IMG/VR virus record: IMGVR_UViG_3300025133_009446
Location: 1 to 64,000 of that record
From: a virus
DNA length: 64,000 nucleotides
Direction: 5' to 3' (one strand)
Below are positions 29,621-39,283 of this stretch, piece after piece. The notes beneath the pieces are model-generated. The model searched no databases, was not told the DNA's origin, and saw only the letters and a program-made list of their open reading frames with translations. The position numbers and the translations under genes were made by a program. Within the stretch, counting starts at the first letter, position 1. Each line of letters opens with the position of its first letter.

Positions 29621-32600
29621 TCATTCGTATTCGGGAAAAGCCGCCAGCTCGGGCAGGAACCCTTCATCACTAGAACCACCACCAGATTCTTGTGGCGGAT
29701 CAGCTGGTGGGGGAGAAGGTGTACCATCACCATCACTTGAAGACAGGCATTTACCACAAGATTCTGGACAACTCTGCGCGCAAGGATCACAACCATCACA
29801 TGGAGGTCCATCACCAACAGCCGCTGTTTCTTCAGGGGCGGGAGGAATTCCATCTGTTACCGGGGCACCTGTGATTGCAACAGAATCAGCGCATGCGTTC
29901 AAAGGTCTATTGCCCCACCACGATTTAGCTGCAGCCGACATCTCTGGACCGGGAAGGGGGCAAGTCCTATAACCACCTGGGCTTCTTATGCCATTAATAA
30001 CGTTTCCTCCACAAACTGCCATCATTAAAGCTGCCATTTTATAAGCATCGTGACTAGAAAAACCTTTTGTTCTAGCGAAACAATAATACTCTGCTGCACA
30101 TCCATCTGAATGTCTTGGCCAACGAGCATGTGCAACCACGCCTTGGTGATTTGGTTTTGTACAAGACGGGGTGCCCTTGCTGTTCTCGCCACTCCACCAA
30201 TAACCATTTGTGCCTGTTGCTTGTGCTGAGTTTGGATAGGGGCCGCTTTTATAAAACCCTTCAGATTCATTAATTGCTGGAAATTTTGCTGGTATTTGTA
30301 CAACATCCGTTGGGTTGGATATATACGATTGAATTAACTCCCACATTCTTCTCATTTGTATTTCTGCTGGCATGCAAAAGTGCCCATGCCATGCTGCAGC
30401 TTTTTTGGAAGTTTTAAGTCCTTTTACTGGATCTGCATGCGGACCAATAACAACAACGCCAATTGCTGCTTGTTTCTGAGCAGCTTGAGAATAGTTTCCA
30501 TCAACATAACCAAAACAAGGAACAACCATCTCACAACCAATACTACAGGCATTCGACCAATTAGCGTGTGGCGCCTTTATCTCCGGTGGTTGTGTCTGCA
30601 AAACATCACCATTTCTGGCTAGCCAAAACATAACGTTACAATAAGAACTCGGCTTTCTATTCTGATTTACAATACTATTATAACCAGGACAAGTCTTTCT
30701 AATCCCACTAGCAGTTTCATGAATGACAAACATTGTCACTTTGCGCCTTTTACTTGCTTTACTAAAGGTTCTGGATGATTTGCTCCAACGGTGTCCATCA
30801 CAAATATGACTAGTATTCACTATTTTCCCTCCAAAACCAGCCCTAGAAGCCTGGAAAGCAGTGCCACCGGTTGCACCAGTCCATGGTGTCGTTGCGCCTC
30901 CTCCTGCGGCGCCTGGGAGCGCGCCTGGACCACCCATAACACCACAGGCAACTGGTGAAGATGGAGAGGGTAGAGCGGGAACAGGAGGGGTTGGAGACGC
31001 TGCGTCGCCTGGAGTTGTTGCATCTGCATTAGCCGAGGAAGCGTTACTAGAGCCACCTTCGGGGGCTTGAGGTAATTGATCTGGATCTATTTTATTTTCT
31101 AAAGACTCTATTTCTGTGTCGATTATCTGCATATATACTTGTTTGGCTTCTTCCGCTAGTGCCCAAAAAGGTGCAATATCCGGATGTTCTTGCGGTGTTA
31201 CATATTGAGCATTCTCGGCAGGATCGAAAGCGGCAGCCTTGCTGGCATATGTTGCCCGAGCTTCGTCATATTTAAATAGCGCCGCTTTAAACTCCTCAGA
31301 AAGCCCCGCTTCAGTTATTTTTGTTTCTAAATTTACTGACTCTGTGGAGATTTGAGCAGCTAGTTCTGTGCTCTGTTGTGTTCTCAATTCTATGATTTTT
31401 GTAAGCTCTTCCACATAAGGTTGGAGCGCTGCTGTCTGAGTATCATTCAAAGAAGGATTAGAAGCCATGGCTAGAGATTCTTTTGCCTGCTCTTGTTTGA
31501 GTTGTGTTGCTTGCAATTGTAAATTTAAATCATCTAATTTATTTTTGATTACTTTGATTTCATTAAATATGCTTACAGATGGAGAACCCTTTGGATCGCC
31601 TGGTTGTGAGCCCGCAGCCTGGAGCGCATGCAAATCTTTATATAGTTCAGCAATCTTTGCTTTTAAGTCTTCTCTTTCAATCGCATCGTACAGGACGGAC
31701 AGCTCCTCTACCTTAGCCTCTGCTGCTTTTATCTGAGAGAGGAGATCTGCTTGCTTTGCAATAGATGTTCCTCCTCCTGGTGGGGGAGGTGTCGGGTTTG
31801 TTACATTTGGAGCAGGTTGGGCTGTTCCAGAAGCGGGCGGGCACTGCCCCATAAGAGCAGTACTTCCATCTTCACATTGCTGCTCCGCAGCGACACCAGA
31901 CATTGCCAAAGCATCACCTTCACTATTTCCTGCATTTCTAACAACATCCCACCGTTCAGGTCTTTTTTTAAGATTGTGATAAGACCACCAAGACACCGAA
32001 TTGTTTGGTATTGGACACATATTAAACTCTTCTTTCATCCTTTGAGGTGGCTTCGAAGTGGTTTCAGAACCGGCTGTTGGTGTACCAGCAACATATGTCC
32101 CTCCACCCCCACCAGGGTAATCATTATAAGATCTACCATAAGCTCCTAAAATAGGCATTACAGTTTCCGCACCAAATATATCACCATATGCTTGCACGTT
32201 TTTTGTCCAATAATCTGCGCGGGTGCGAGGGTTGGCTTGCGCCACGTGCCCTTTACCCCCATATAATTGTGGAAAACACATATCCACACCTTTAAAACCT
32301 GAATACCATGTAACTCTTTTATTTGGATTTTGTTGTAACAGATATGGCGGATCGTATACGGCGCCATAACTTGTAAACCCAGTTACCAATCCATTCTTTT
32401 GAGCTTCTGCTATAAAAAGCTGCCCACACGTTAAAGCTGCTGCATAGCCATCTTGTGGAGACATTTTTTCATAAGCTGCTTCTGGATCTGCAACAATGCC
32501 ACTAGCGCCTGCTTGTAAAGCTAAAGTTACCATGGTATTAACAAATTCCTCTTCTTTACCGGGCATTGGCCAACCCCAATGATAAACATATATCCCCTTT

Positions 32601-33565
32601 GCTAAAAAGACCTCTGCATATTTCTTCAATTTTTCCACAGGTGATATTTTTGAAGGAGTTGCTCCTTCTTTTTGAATAATACTAGATACTAAAATATAAT
32701 TTATGCCCGCTGCAGCACACTGAGCAGCTTTTGTTTCCACATTGCCACCATGAAACATCCACATTCCTTTTCCTATTGGCTTAACTCCGCGCACGCTATT
32801 CGGATCAATAGGATCGCGGCGTGGAGGCAATTCAAGCCCCGCATGCGTAAGAGGATAGTTTAACCCACCAGGACCAGTATTTGGCAGAGAACTACCTGGG
32901 GCTCCCGATGTCCCTGGTGTGCCCGCTCCGCAAGTGCCAAAAGCACCCGCTGCATTCACACCAGCTGCCTTGGGAAGGTAATCACCAGTAGGCTCTATAT
33001 AAATACCAGTGGTAAAATCACCCATGCGTTGGAAATTAACCCAAACTAAATCATATATTGCTGGTTCTGGAATCGATTCATTTTTGGCTGTATATGTCGG
33101 AAGAGATTCAATTATGTTAATCGCTTCTGGACTTGGATTGTCCAAGTCTCCAGGTGGACACCCCCAATAGTTTAATTCTGGAATGTAAGCCTTAATTTCA
33201 ACTAATTTAGGGGGCTTGGTATCGGGGGGATCGAGCATAGAAACTAATCTAGATGCTAATTGTAGAGGTTCTTTTTTGTCATCTGTTTTCTTTGATTTTA
33301 TTGCAACAACAATCGCCAAAAATGGACCTTGTACGGCAGAAGGTGCATCACCAGAATTAGAACTTCTCATAACATCACTTAATGCAGCCATGTTGCTGTG
33401 TCTTTGAGGATCGTGAGTTGCTGCAAATGGTGACTGTTTTTGAATAGAGGGGTTTAAAGCACCGGGTGGATATTGAGCGCAGATATCCCCACTATTTGCT
33501 ATTTGATCAATTGCTTGTTCTACAGAGGTCCCCGCTGCCGGTGGGGTTTGTTGCTCTCCAGCCAC
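29621..33565 (-). CDS. Multidomain tail-associated lysin / gp5-like hub protein: N-terminal OB-like domain, glycoside-hydrolase-like barrel, coiled coil, N-acetylmuramoyl-L-alanine amidase (Amidase_2)
   Basis: 1314 aa. IKAYIPEL...PAIYDLVWVNF (gp5-N-like). GIVADPE...PQLY...SWWSY (barrel with DxE). MFVIHETA, APHANWSNACSIGCEM, VVAH...SDG (Zn amidase). Confidence 0.65.
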   Translation of the reverse strand: MAGEQQTPPAAGTSVEQAIDQIANSGDICAQYPPGALNPSIQKQSPFAATHDPQRHSNMAALSDVMRSSNSGDAPSAVQGPFLAIVVAIKSKKTDDKKEPLQLASRLVSMLDPPDTKPPKLVEIKAYIPELNYWGCPPGDLDNPSPEAINIIESLPTYTAKNESIPEPAIYDLVWVNFQRMGDFTTGIYIEPTGDYLPKAAGVNAAGAFGTCGAGTPGTSGAPGSSLPNTGPGGLNYPLTHAGLELPPRRDPIDPNSVRGVKPIGKGMWMFHGGNVETKAAQCAAAGINYILVSSIIQKEGATPSKISPVEKLKKYAEVFLAKGIYVYHWGWPMPGKEEEFVNTMVTLALQAGASGIVADPEAAYEKMSPQDGYAAALTCGQLFIAEAQKNGLVTGFTSYGAVYDPPYLLQQNPNKRVTWYSGFKGVDMCFPQLYGGKGHVAQANPRTRADYWTKNVQAYGDIFGAETVMPILGAYGRSYNDYPGGGGGTYVAGTPTAGSETTSKPPQRMKEEFNMCPIPNNSVSWWSYHNLKKRPERWDVVRNAGNSEGDALAMSGVAAEQQCEDGSTALMGQCPPASGTAQPAPNVTNPTPPPPGGGTSIAKQADLLSQIKAAEAKVEELSVLYDAIEREDLKAKIAELYKDLHALQAAGSQPGDPKGSPSVSIFNEIKVIKNKLDDLNLQLQATQLKQEQAKESLAMASNPSLNDTQTAALQPYVEELTKIIELRTQQSTELAAQISTESVNLETKITEAGLSEEFKAALFKYDEARATYASKAAAFDPAENAQYVTPQEHPDIAPFWALAEEAKQVYMQIIDTEIESLENKIDPDQLPQAPEGGSSNASSANADATTPGDAASPTPPVPALPSPSSPVACGVMGGPGALPGAAGGGATTPWTGATGGTAFQASRAGFGGKIVNTSHICDGHRWSKSSRTFSKASKRRKVTMFVIHETASGIRKTCPGYNSIVNQNRKPSSYCNVMFWLARNGDVLQTQPPEIKAPHANWSNACSIGCEMVVPCFGYVDGNYSQAAQKQAAIGVVVIGPHADPVKGLKTSKKAAAWHGHFCMPAEIQMRRMWELIQSYISNPTDVVQIPAKFPAINESEGFYKSGPYPNSAQATGTNGYWWSGENSKGTPSCTKPNHQGVVAHARWPRHSDGCAAEYYCFARTKGFSSHDAYKMAALMMAVCGGNVINGIRSPGGYRTCPLPGPEMSAAAKSWWGNRPLNACADSVAITGAPVTDGIPPAPEETAAVGDGPPCDGCDPCAQSCPESCGKCLSSSDGDGTPSPPPADPPQESGGGSSDEGFLPELAAFPEYE

Positions 33566-33567
33566 GT

Positions 33568-33876
33568 TTAGCCAGCCCCTTGTAGTATATCAAATAGCTC
33601 ATTTTTGTCTTTTTCAGATAAAGACTCAGAACCAGAACCAATGTTTTTCTGCATCATTGACGTTAGTTTAACTAATTGTTCATTTGATCTTTGTAGGGTT
33701 TCTAAGTATTTGGCGGCAATTAATCCCAAATCTTTATGAGACTCATAAGTAGAGGTTGGCGCTTGAAGTTCTGACATCACATCAGAAAGTAGTGTCGTTG
33801 TCCTATCTCTATCATCTCTTATATTGTTTATTGCCTCATTAATATAATTTTCTAATTTTGTTCTCCGTTGTCCCAT
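33568..33876 (-). CDS. Conserved hypothetical helical protein
   Basis: 102-aa ORF coupled to the sigma-like gene; KYLETLQRSNEQLVKL. Confidence 0.6.
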   Translation of the reverse strand: MGQRRTKLENYINEAINNIRDDRDRTTTLLSDVMSELQAPTSTYESHKDLGLIAAKYLETLQRSNEQLVKLTSMMQKNIGSGSESLSEKDKNELFDILQGAG

Positions 33877-34556
33877 TTAATTTTAAAGTCCTTATATTTA
33901 GATCTTAGCTTTTGCAGGTTATTAACAACTTGCTTTGTGTTCAAGCCTGTTATTTCCCTCAAATATAGATAAATAGCTTTTTTATTAAAAATCTCTATTT
34001 CATCGCTACTTTCAAATAAGATCTTTACTGCTTGCATAACTTTACGTTCATTCTCCTTTAAATGTTCAGAATCCCATTCAGAAAATTCTTTCCAAAACTT
34101 TTGCCAAAATTCAAAATCAGCTCTGGCTTTTAGATAAGGGTTATATGTAACTAAATTCGCATTCTCAACCAGTGCGGCGTTGTTGCTGTATGTTGAACGA
34201 TATTCTTCATAATCAACTTCCCTTCTATTTCTAGTGGCATTGAGCTTAACCTTGTGAATAAACCAATTTTTTGTAATTACACTAAAATATGAAAAAGCTT
34301 TTGAACCTTTATTGGGATCATATTTATCTAATATTGTGGTTAACCACACTTTGCAATCTTCTTTTAAATAATCTATATTAGGCAAGCTAGTGAACTTATA
34401 GGTGTACACTATTTTATCAACCAATTCATCAAACGCAGGACCAATTAAAGCAATATATAATTCAGATCTTCTCTTTTTGTCTTCTGTGTTGGCATATTCT
34501 ACAATTGCTTTTTCATGAACAGAGGTAAAATAATAATTAGACTTCTTTTTCCGCAT
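33852..34556 (-). CDS. Phage RNA polymerase sigma-like factor (T4 gp55-like, probably late transcription)
   Basis: 234 aa. Region-2-like KYDPNKGSKAFSYFSVITKNWFI and a C-terminal HTH-like IYLYLREITGLNTKQVVNNL. Confidence 0.7.
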   Translation of the reverse strand: MRKKKSNYYFTSVHEKAIVEYANTEDKKRRSELYIALIGPAFDELVDKIVYTYKFTSLPNIDYLKEDCKVWLTTILDKYDPNKGSKAFSYFSVITKNWFIHKVKLNATRNRREVDYEEYRSTYSNNAALVENANLVTYNPYLKARADFEFWQKFWKEFSEWDSEHLKENERKVMQAVKILFESSDEIEIFNKKAIYLYLREITGLNTKQVVNNLQKLRSKYKDFKIKWDNGEQN

Positions 34557-34860
34557 CCATACGCTCCTCCTCTTCTATATCAGAAAGCAAAATCGGCGCC
34601 TCAAAATCATAAGATTTTCTAAATGATTCAATCTCATCTGCTACATGTTTTGAATACTCCAATAATTGTGCTATCATCTCATCTCCATAATACATTTCTA
34701 GTTCATGAAGATCTTCTACATATTTTGTATACCTTTCCAACATTTCGCTCACGTCTTCAATGTTTTCAGATACAAATATAAGTCTCTTCAAGCTTTGATA
34801 GAACGCATACCCAAGCAAGACATTAACTAATAATGATAGTACTAGCCAGATCCACATCAT
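34537..34860 (-). CDS. Small membrane-anchored hypothetical protein
   Basis: N-terminal hydrophobic helix WIWLVLSLLVNVLLGYAFY followed by an acidic coil. Confidence 0.6.
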   Translation of the reverse strand: MMWIWLVLSLLVNVLLGYAFYQSLKRLIFVSENIEDVSEMLERYTKYVEDLHELEMYYGDEMIAQLLEYSKHVADEIESFRKSYDFEAPILLSDIEEEERMDAEKEV

Positions 34861-35114
34861 TGAGTGTACTCCTTTTCTTTAAGCCTTTTTTTAGCCTCTT
34901 CCACCTCTCGTTTAGTTTCTTTTATGTAGGAATCAACTAATTCACCAGCTCTTTTTTTCGAAGGAGCTTTAAAAGGGATCCCCATCATTGAAGGTATTCT
35001 AACTAAAGAACCAACAGTTTCACATATCGTGCAATCAGTTAGTTTATCGTGTATAGAGTGTTTCTCTTTAAATTCTGTTTTGCATGTATCACAGTGATAT
35101 ACATAAATCGGCAT
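34857..35114 (-). CDS. FmdB-family zinc-ribbon protein
   Basis: MPIYVYHCDTC...CTIC...LVRIPS. Confidence 0.85.
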   Translation of the reverse strand: MPIYVYHCDTCKTEFKEKHSIHDKLTDCTICETVGSLVRIPSMMGIPFKAPSKKRAGELVDSYIKETKREVEEAKKRLKEKEYTQ

Positions 35115-35117
35115 ATA

Positions 35118-35357
35118 TTATTCCGATTGGGTGTCAACAGTGTCAAAATCAAATGATTGCTGTTGCAAATTCTCTTCAAACTCATCATTAAACTTAACCA
35201 ATGGCGGGTTCATAACTACCAGCCCCTGATCCGAGGTTCTAAATCTGAACTCTTTTAAAACAGGAACAATATCACTTTGCTCCATTAAGCTTTTCTGCAG
35301 AGCCATCATAACAGCCCCCACAGCCTGATCTGACATGTTTACTTCTCTATCGCTCAT
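35118..35357 (-). CDS. Conserved hypothetical protein
   Basis: Likely start MSDREV at 35357 after AAGGAG (track start 35393); SDQAVGAVMMALQKSLMEQSDIVPVLK. Confidence 0.6.
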   Translation of the reverse strand: MSDREVNMSDQAVGAVMMALQKSLMEQSDIVPVLKEFRFRTSDQGLVVMNPPLVKFNDEFEENLQQQSFDFDTVDTQSE

Positions 35358-36216
35358 TAATTTCTCCTTCTTTGCTAATGGCTCTACCTTCAAGCGCTTC
35401 CCAATCTCTTTCTGGGCGTACTTCCAAGTTTTTATTCCACGCAGCTTTTAATACCGCCGGATTTATATTTAGATTCTCTGCATATTTTATCATCGCATTT
35501 AAATCCTTTGGAAAGCACGAACCACCAAAACCAAACTTACCATCTGGACCTGGAACAGAAAAATGGGATCTACCTAAACGCTTGTCATATAAACCATATT
35601 CTACTATCTTATCATAGTCTACATTAATTTTTTCACATATTTGTTTGATTTCATTAGAAAAACTAACTTTGGTTGCAAGAAAACAATTGGTAAAATATTT
35701 CACCATCTCAGCTGTATTTGAACCAGTTTTCACCAATGTCGTTTCTGGAAATGCTTTTCTATAAAGATTTTTTACTTTTGTTGATGCTGGTCTAGGTCCA
35801 CCAATTATAATTCTTGTTTGATTTTTAAAATCTTCAACAAAATTTGCTTCAGTTAAAAATTCAGGATTAAAAATAACTTTCAAATTATTGCACTCTTGGT
35901 TAAACTTTTCAGTTGTCCCAGGAGGGACTGTAGATTTAATCACTGCAATATTGTCGTTATTATAACTATCCAACTTCATTATTGTGTCTGTTACAATAGA
36001 TAAATCACATACACCATTTCGCTTCATCGGTGTTGGAAGGCATATAAAAATTATACCAGCTTGTTGACTTAGTTGTTGCAAAGATGTACATGTTGATGCG
36101 CGTGCTTTGAACTTGTCATACGTATCAACATGTACACCACGGACACCCTTAAACCCTTCGTACACAGCTGTGCCAACAAAACCCTGTCCAACTATACCAA
36201 TATTAGTTTTTCTCAT
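35347..36216 (-). CDS. ugd: UDP-glucose/GDP-mannose dehydrogenase family protein (short form lacking the C-terminal domain)
   Basis: GQGFVG, ICLPTP, IKSTVPPGTT, FNPEFLTE, catalytic GFGGSCFPKD. Confidence 0.85.
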   Translation of the reverse strand: MRKTNIGIVGQGFVGTAVYEGFKGVRGVHVDTYDKFKARASTCTSLQQLSQQAGIIFICLPTPMKRNGVCDLSIVTDTIMKLDSYNNDNIAVIKSTVPPGTTEKFNQECNNLKVIFNPEFLTEANFVEDFKNQTRIIIGGPRPASTKVKNLYRKAFPETTLVKTGSNTAEMVKYFTNCFLATKVSFSNEIKQICEKINVDYDKIVEYGLYDKRLGRSHFSVPGPDGKFGFGGSCFPKDLNAMIKYAENLNINPAVLKAAWNKNLEVRPERDWEALEGRAISKEGEINER

Positions 36217-37101
36217 TTAAAATTCCCAAAACAACTTTTTAAAACATCTATCAACACCAGCTTCTGCACCGATTTCCGCCTTCCAACCTAAGTCTTGCAA
36301 AGGTAAAACATCTGCTAACGTTACCATGACATCGCCCTGTCTTTCTTCTATATACTCAAATGCAATATCGGTGAAGTATTTTTGAACAATATCCTTCACT
36401 TCATTTAAAGAAATATTGTCGCCAGTTCCAACATCAAAATGCGCTCCATTGAATTTATCGTCGCGCTCCATTGCAAATATGTTTGCACTGATAGCATCAG
36501 AAACGTGCAACATATCTCTTCGTTGTTCTCCGGTACCTGTAATAAAGGGAGTCTTGCCTTTTCGAATATATTTCATCCAATTCGCAATTGCAGTAGCATA
36601 TGGACCATCTGCTTCCTGATCTTCCGAATAAACATTAAAATAACGCAAACTAACAGTATCAATTCCATAAAGCTCTGAATAAAGCTTGCACTCCATTTCA
36701 CTAACTAGCTTTTGTAACCCATATGGGTTTGTTGGTCCATCTCCATCGCCAACAACTGATGAAGAACTAGAATATATTACACGCTTTGCGCCAACATGTT
36801 TTGCAAAATTAAGTATATTACTTGTACATAAAACATTATTTTCCATTGTTCGAACAGGGTTTTCCACACTATATGTTACCCTGGGAAAGCACGCTAAGTG
36901 AAAAATATATTCAGGCTTGAAATTAAAATAATGTGGGTGAAAATCTCCACGCATTGGTTCATTGTATTCGCGAAGATCTTTATTAATATCATGCCCCTCA
37001 AATAAATCAATTCCTTGCACTTCGTGTCCCAATTCTTGTAATGTTTCATACAAATGGGAACCAATGTATCCTCTATGTCCTGTTACTAAGCATCTAGCCA
37101 T
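36217..37101 (-). CDS. NAD-dependent epimerase/dehydratase (extended SDR)
   Basis: TGHRGYIGS, SSSS, YGLQK, LRYFNVY, GTGEQRRD. Confidence 0.9.
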   Translation of the reverse strand: MARCLVTGHRGYIGSHLYETLQELGHEVQGIDLFEGHDINKDLREYNEPMRGDFHPHYFNFKPEYIFHLACFPRVTYSVENPVRTMENNVLCTSNILNFAKHVGAKRVIYSSSSSVVGDGDGPTNPYGLQKLVSEMECKLYSELYGIDTVSLRYFNVYSEDQEADGPYATAIANWMKYIRKGKTPFITGTGEQRRDMLHVSDAISANIFAMERDDKFNGAHFDVGTGDNISLNEVKDIVQKYFTDIAFEYIEERQGDVMVTLADVLPLQDLGWKAEIGAEAGVDRCFKKLFWEF

Positions 37102-37934
37102 TTTTCTTCTCCTCCTTCAAAAAATTGTGGTGGCATATCCCAAAATTGTTTCGCGCTTTTAAGTCTGTTTTCTTGCAACACTACCTCATTGTTCAAAATA
37201 TATTTCTCATAATCTATAATTGGGTATACATCTAAGTAAGTTTTTAGCGATGCATTGTAAAACTTTGTATCTCTGCCTCTCTCTATGAAATTCTTTAATG
37301 CTAAAGAATGTACATTTCTCATCTGATGATTGATTTTATAAAGCTTTTCATGAGGAATATCTGCTCGATATGATTTGTCAAAATGATTTGGATCACTTTC
37401 GCTACCTCTATCGCCAGTCCAACCCAAATCTGCTCCAACAATCACAACCTCACTAAAACCCATGTGGTATGTTAATTGTAAAGCTAGATTCATTGTCGTG
37501 CCGGTTTTATCTATCCGTTCGACAATATCTGTAGAAAAACATGTTTCTGATATTCTACCATCCATGGGCGGTTTCCTCTCACTCATAGAATCAAACCAAT
37601 TAATATGCGGGTAATCATCATTTGAATCAATTGTGGGCTTAAACATTTTTGCAATAAAAGACGTCGTGTCTGATTCTTTCACAGCGTTACGAACAGAGCC
37701 TGTCCACGCCCTGCCCCACTCTGGGTGTCTAACATTAGTAGACGAAAACAAATAATACGTAGGCTTCCATTCTGGGTTTTTATCATATATAAGAGATATA
37801 CGATTCATAGCAATTGTATTTTCATTCTTAAGAAGGTTTAAATTCGTATTCGCCAAGCTTGGTCCATTGGCAATAAGAAATACTCTTTCGCCTTTATGTA
37901 AGTCCTTATACTTATCAAATACAGCATTTTTCAT
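37086..37934 (-). CDS. DUF115/Maf-like (GT42-related) candidate CMP-ulosonate transferase
   Basis: GERVFLIANGPSL, IAMNRI, ALQLTYHMGFSEVVIVGADL, DPNHFD. Likely start MKNAV at 37934 (track start 37961). Confidence 0.65.
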   Translation of the reverse strand: MKNAVFDKYKDLHKGERVFLIANGPSLANTNLNLLKNENTIAMNRISLIYDKNPEWKPTYYLFSSTNVRHPEWGRAWTGSVRNAVKESDTTSFIAKMFKPTIDSNDDYPHINWFDSMSERKPPMDGRISETCFSTDIVERIDKTGTTMNLALQLTYHMGFSEVVIVGADLGWTGDRGSESDPNHFDKSYRADIPHEKLYKINHQMRNVHSLALKNFIERGRDTKFYNASLKTYLDVYPIIDYEKYILNNEVVLQENRLKSAKQFWDMPPQFFEGGEEKWLDA

Positions 37935-37938
37935 GATA

Positions 37939-38625
37939 TTATTTTTCCCTTGAAGAAACAAGAATTGTTCTTTTATAATTTAAATGACTTTCATCATTAT
38001 AAAATGTATTGTTATTGAATCCTAATTCTTTCATTCTATTATTAACATATGTTTGTGTTGGAATTGAGTGAAGTTTATTATATTTATTAGATTTACTTTT
38101 ATGTCCCCCAGAGACACAAAGATCATCTAACGAATCGTATGTTTTAAACTCTAAGATTAATAAATTTGAAAGTTTAGACATTTTTTGTAAACATTGTAGC
38201 ACGTTTGGTATTCTATGTAATAATCCCAACCCTAAAATCATATCATAATTTTTGTTTTCTTTTAACTCATATAAATCCCCGACTTCAAATTGGACATTAT
38301 CAAGCTTAAATATTTGTTTTATGAAATTCGCCCTTTCGATTCTCAATGGATCTGGATCTATTCCAACAACTTGCATATCATAATCCATTGCGCATTTTAC
38401 AGAATAATAACCGTCGCTGCATCCAATGTCCAAAGCTTTTTTTCCTTTTAAATTTAACTTATCTATTATTGGATTTAATCTAGCCCATTTGTTGATATTG
38501 TACCCCGGACTATTAATATCGGTTTTTCTTGTTTTTATTAAACCTGGGAGATTATATTGATGATTCCAATCTTCCTTTTTGGATAAATCTGAGACTTTCT
38601 GTTGTATCCATTTATGATATTCCAT
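37939..38625 (-). CDS. Class I SAM-dependent methyltransferase (CmoB/DUF1698-like)
   Basis: LKGKKALDIGCSDGYYS, VVGIDPD, YDMILGLGLLHRI. Confidence 0.85.
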   Translation of the reverse strand: MEYHKWIQQKVSDLSKKEDWNHQYNLPGLIKTRKTDINSPGYNINKWARLNPIIDKLNLKGKKALDIGCSDGYYSVKCAMDYDMQVVGIDPDPLRIERANFIKQIFKLDNVQFEVGDLYELKENKNYDMILGLGLLHRIPNVLQCLQKMSKLSNLLILEFKTYDSLDDLCVSGGHKSKSNKYNKLHSIPTQTYVNNRMKELGFNNNTFYNDESHLNYKRTILVSSREK

Positions 38626-39283
38626 TTATATATCTCTCCATAATTTTTATAGCAACATACTCATCTAGAAAACCACTTGTAACAGATGGCCATTTATCAA
38701 CATTTTTAGAACTATATATTTTGCGCGGTGGTTCAATTCGGTTTTTTTTATCTCGCGGTTTCAAATGTTTCTGTTCCTCATAAACAACCGGTATGGGCAA
38801 ATCAGGAAATAAAGCAGACAATGTTGCCACACGATGATTGCCACTGACTACATAAAAATTTTTTCCTGTGTGATTCTCTAAAAAATATCCAGTAATATGA
38901 CCTTTTTTCCTATCTAAAAAAGCATCTGGCGTATACCCAAATTCTTTAATAGATAAGACAAGGTTTTTCATTTTATCTATTTGTGCATCAATAAATTTTT
39001 TATCTCGTCGCATAAAAGCAACATCCACAAACTCTGTGACGGGGCTTGTATGAATCCATGGAAGAAAAATAGATTTATAAGAATATCGCTTTAAATTTTC
39101 ACCAACGTTGTAAATGTCATATAGTGTCTTTAAATTAAAAGATTTATAATGATCATGCAAAACAGTATTCTCTAATGTTTGATTAGATTTTAGCAATTGC
39201 AACGCCGTTAAGTAACAAGGATTATCACCAATAGCAAATGGCAATCTACTTAAATTACATATTTCTTCTTTAAAAATCTTCAT
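38612..39283 (-). CDS. Hypothetical protein with a ParB/Srx-like motif
   Basis: LVLSIKEFGY...FYVVSGNHRVATL...IPV. Likely start MKIFKEE at 39283 (track start 39364). Confidence 0.5.
   Translation of the reverse strand: MKIFKEEICNLSRLPFAIGDNPCYLTALQLLKSNQTLENTVLHDHYKSFNLKTLYDIYNVGENLKRYSYKSIFLPWIHTSPVTEFVDVAFMRRDKKFIDAQIDKMKNLVLSIKEFGYTPDAFLDRKKGHITGYFLENHTGKNFYVVSGNHRVATLSALFPDLPIPVVYEEQKHLKPRDKKNRIEPPRKIYSSKNVDKWPSVTSGFLDEYVAIKIMERYINGIS

Noticed and set aside
7231-33565. Bacterial eCIS/T6SS/tailocin locus, or a eukaryotic giant virus (given GT29 and DUF579)
   Set aside because: The gp55-like sigma, tmRNA, PhoH, Shine-Dalgarno sites, overlapping genes and absence of housekeeping or T6SS membrane genes favour a jumbo bacteriophage. 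Capsid and terminase genes are not in the window, so this is not proven.
34537-34860. Holin or spanin
   Set aside because: A single N-terminal TM helix is insufficient evidence, and there is no adjacent endolysin or o-spanin lipoprotein.
37939-38625. cmoB tRNA modification enzyme
   Set aside because: Shorter than CmoB and embedded in glycan genes; only the generic SAM-binding fold is supported.
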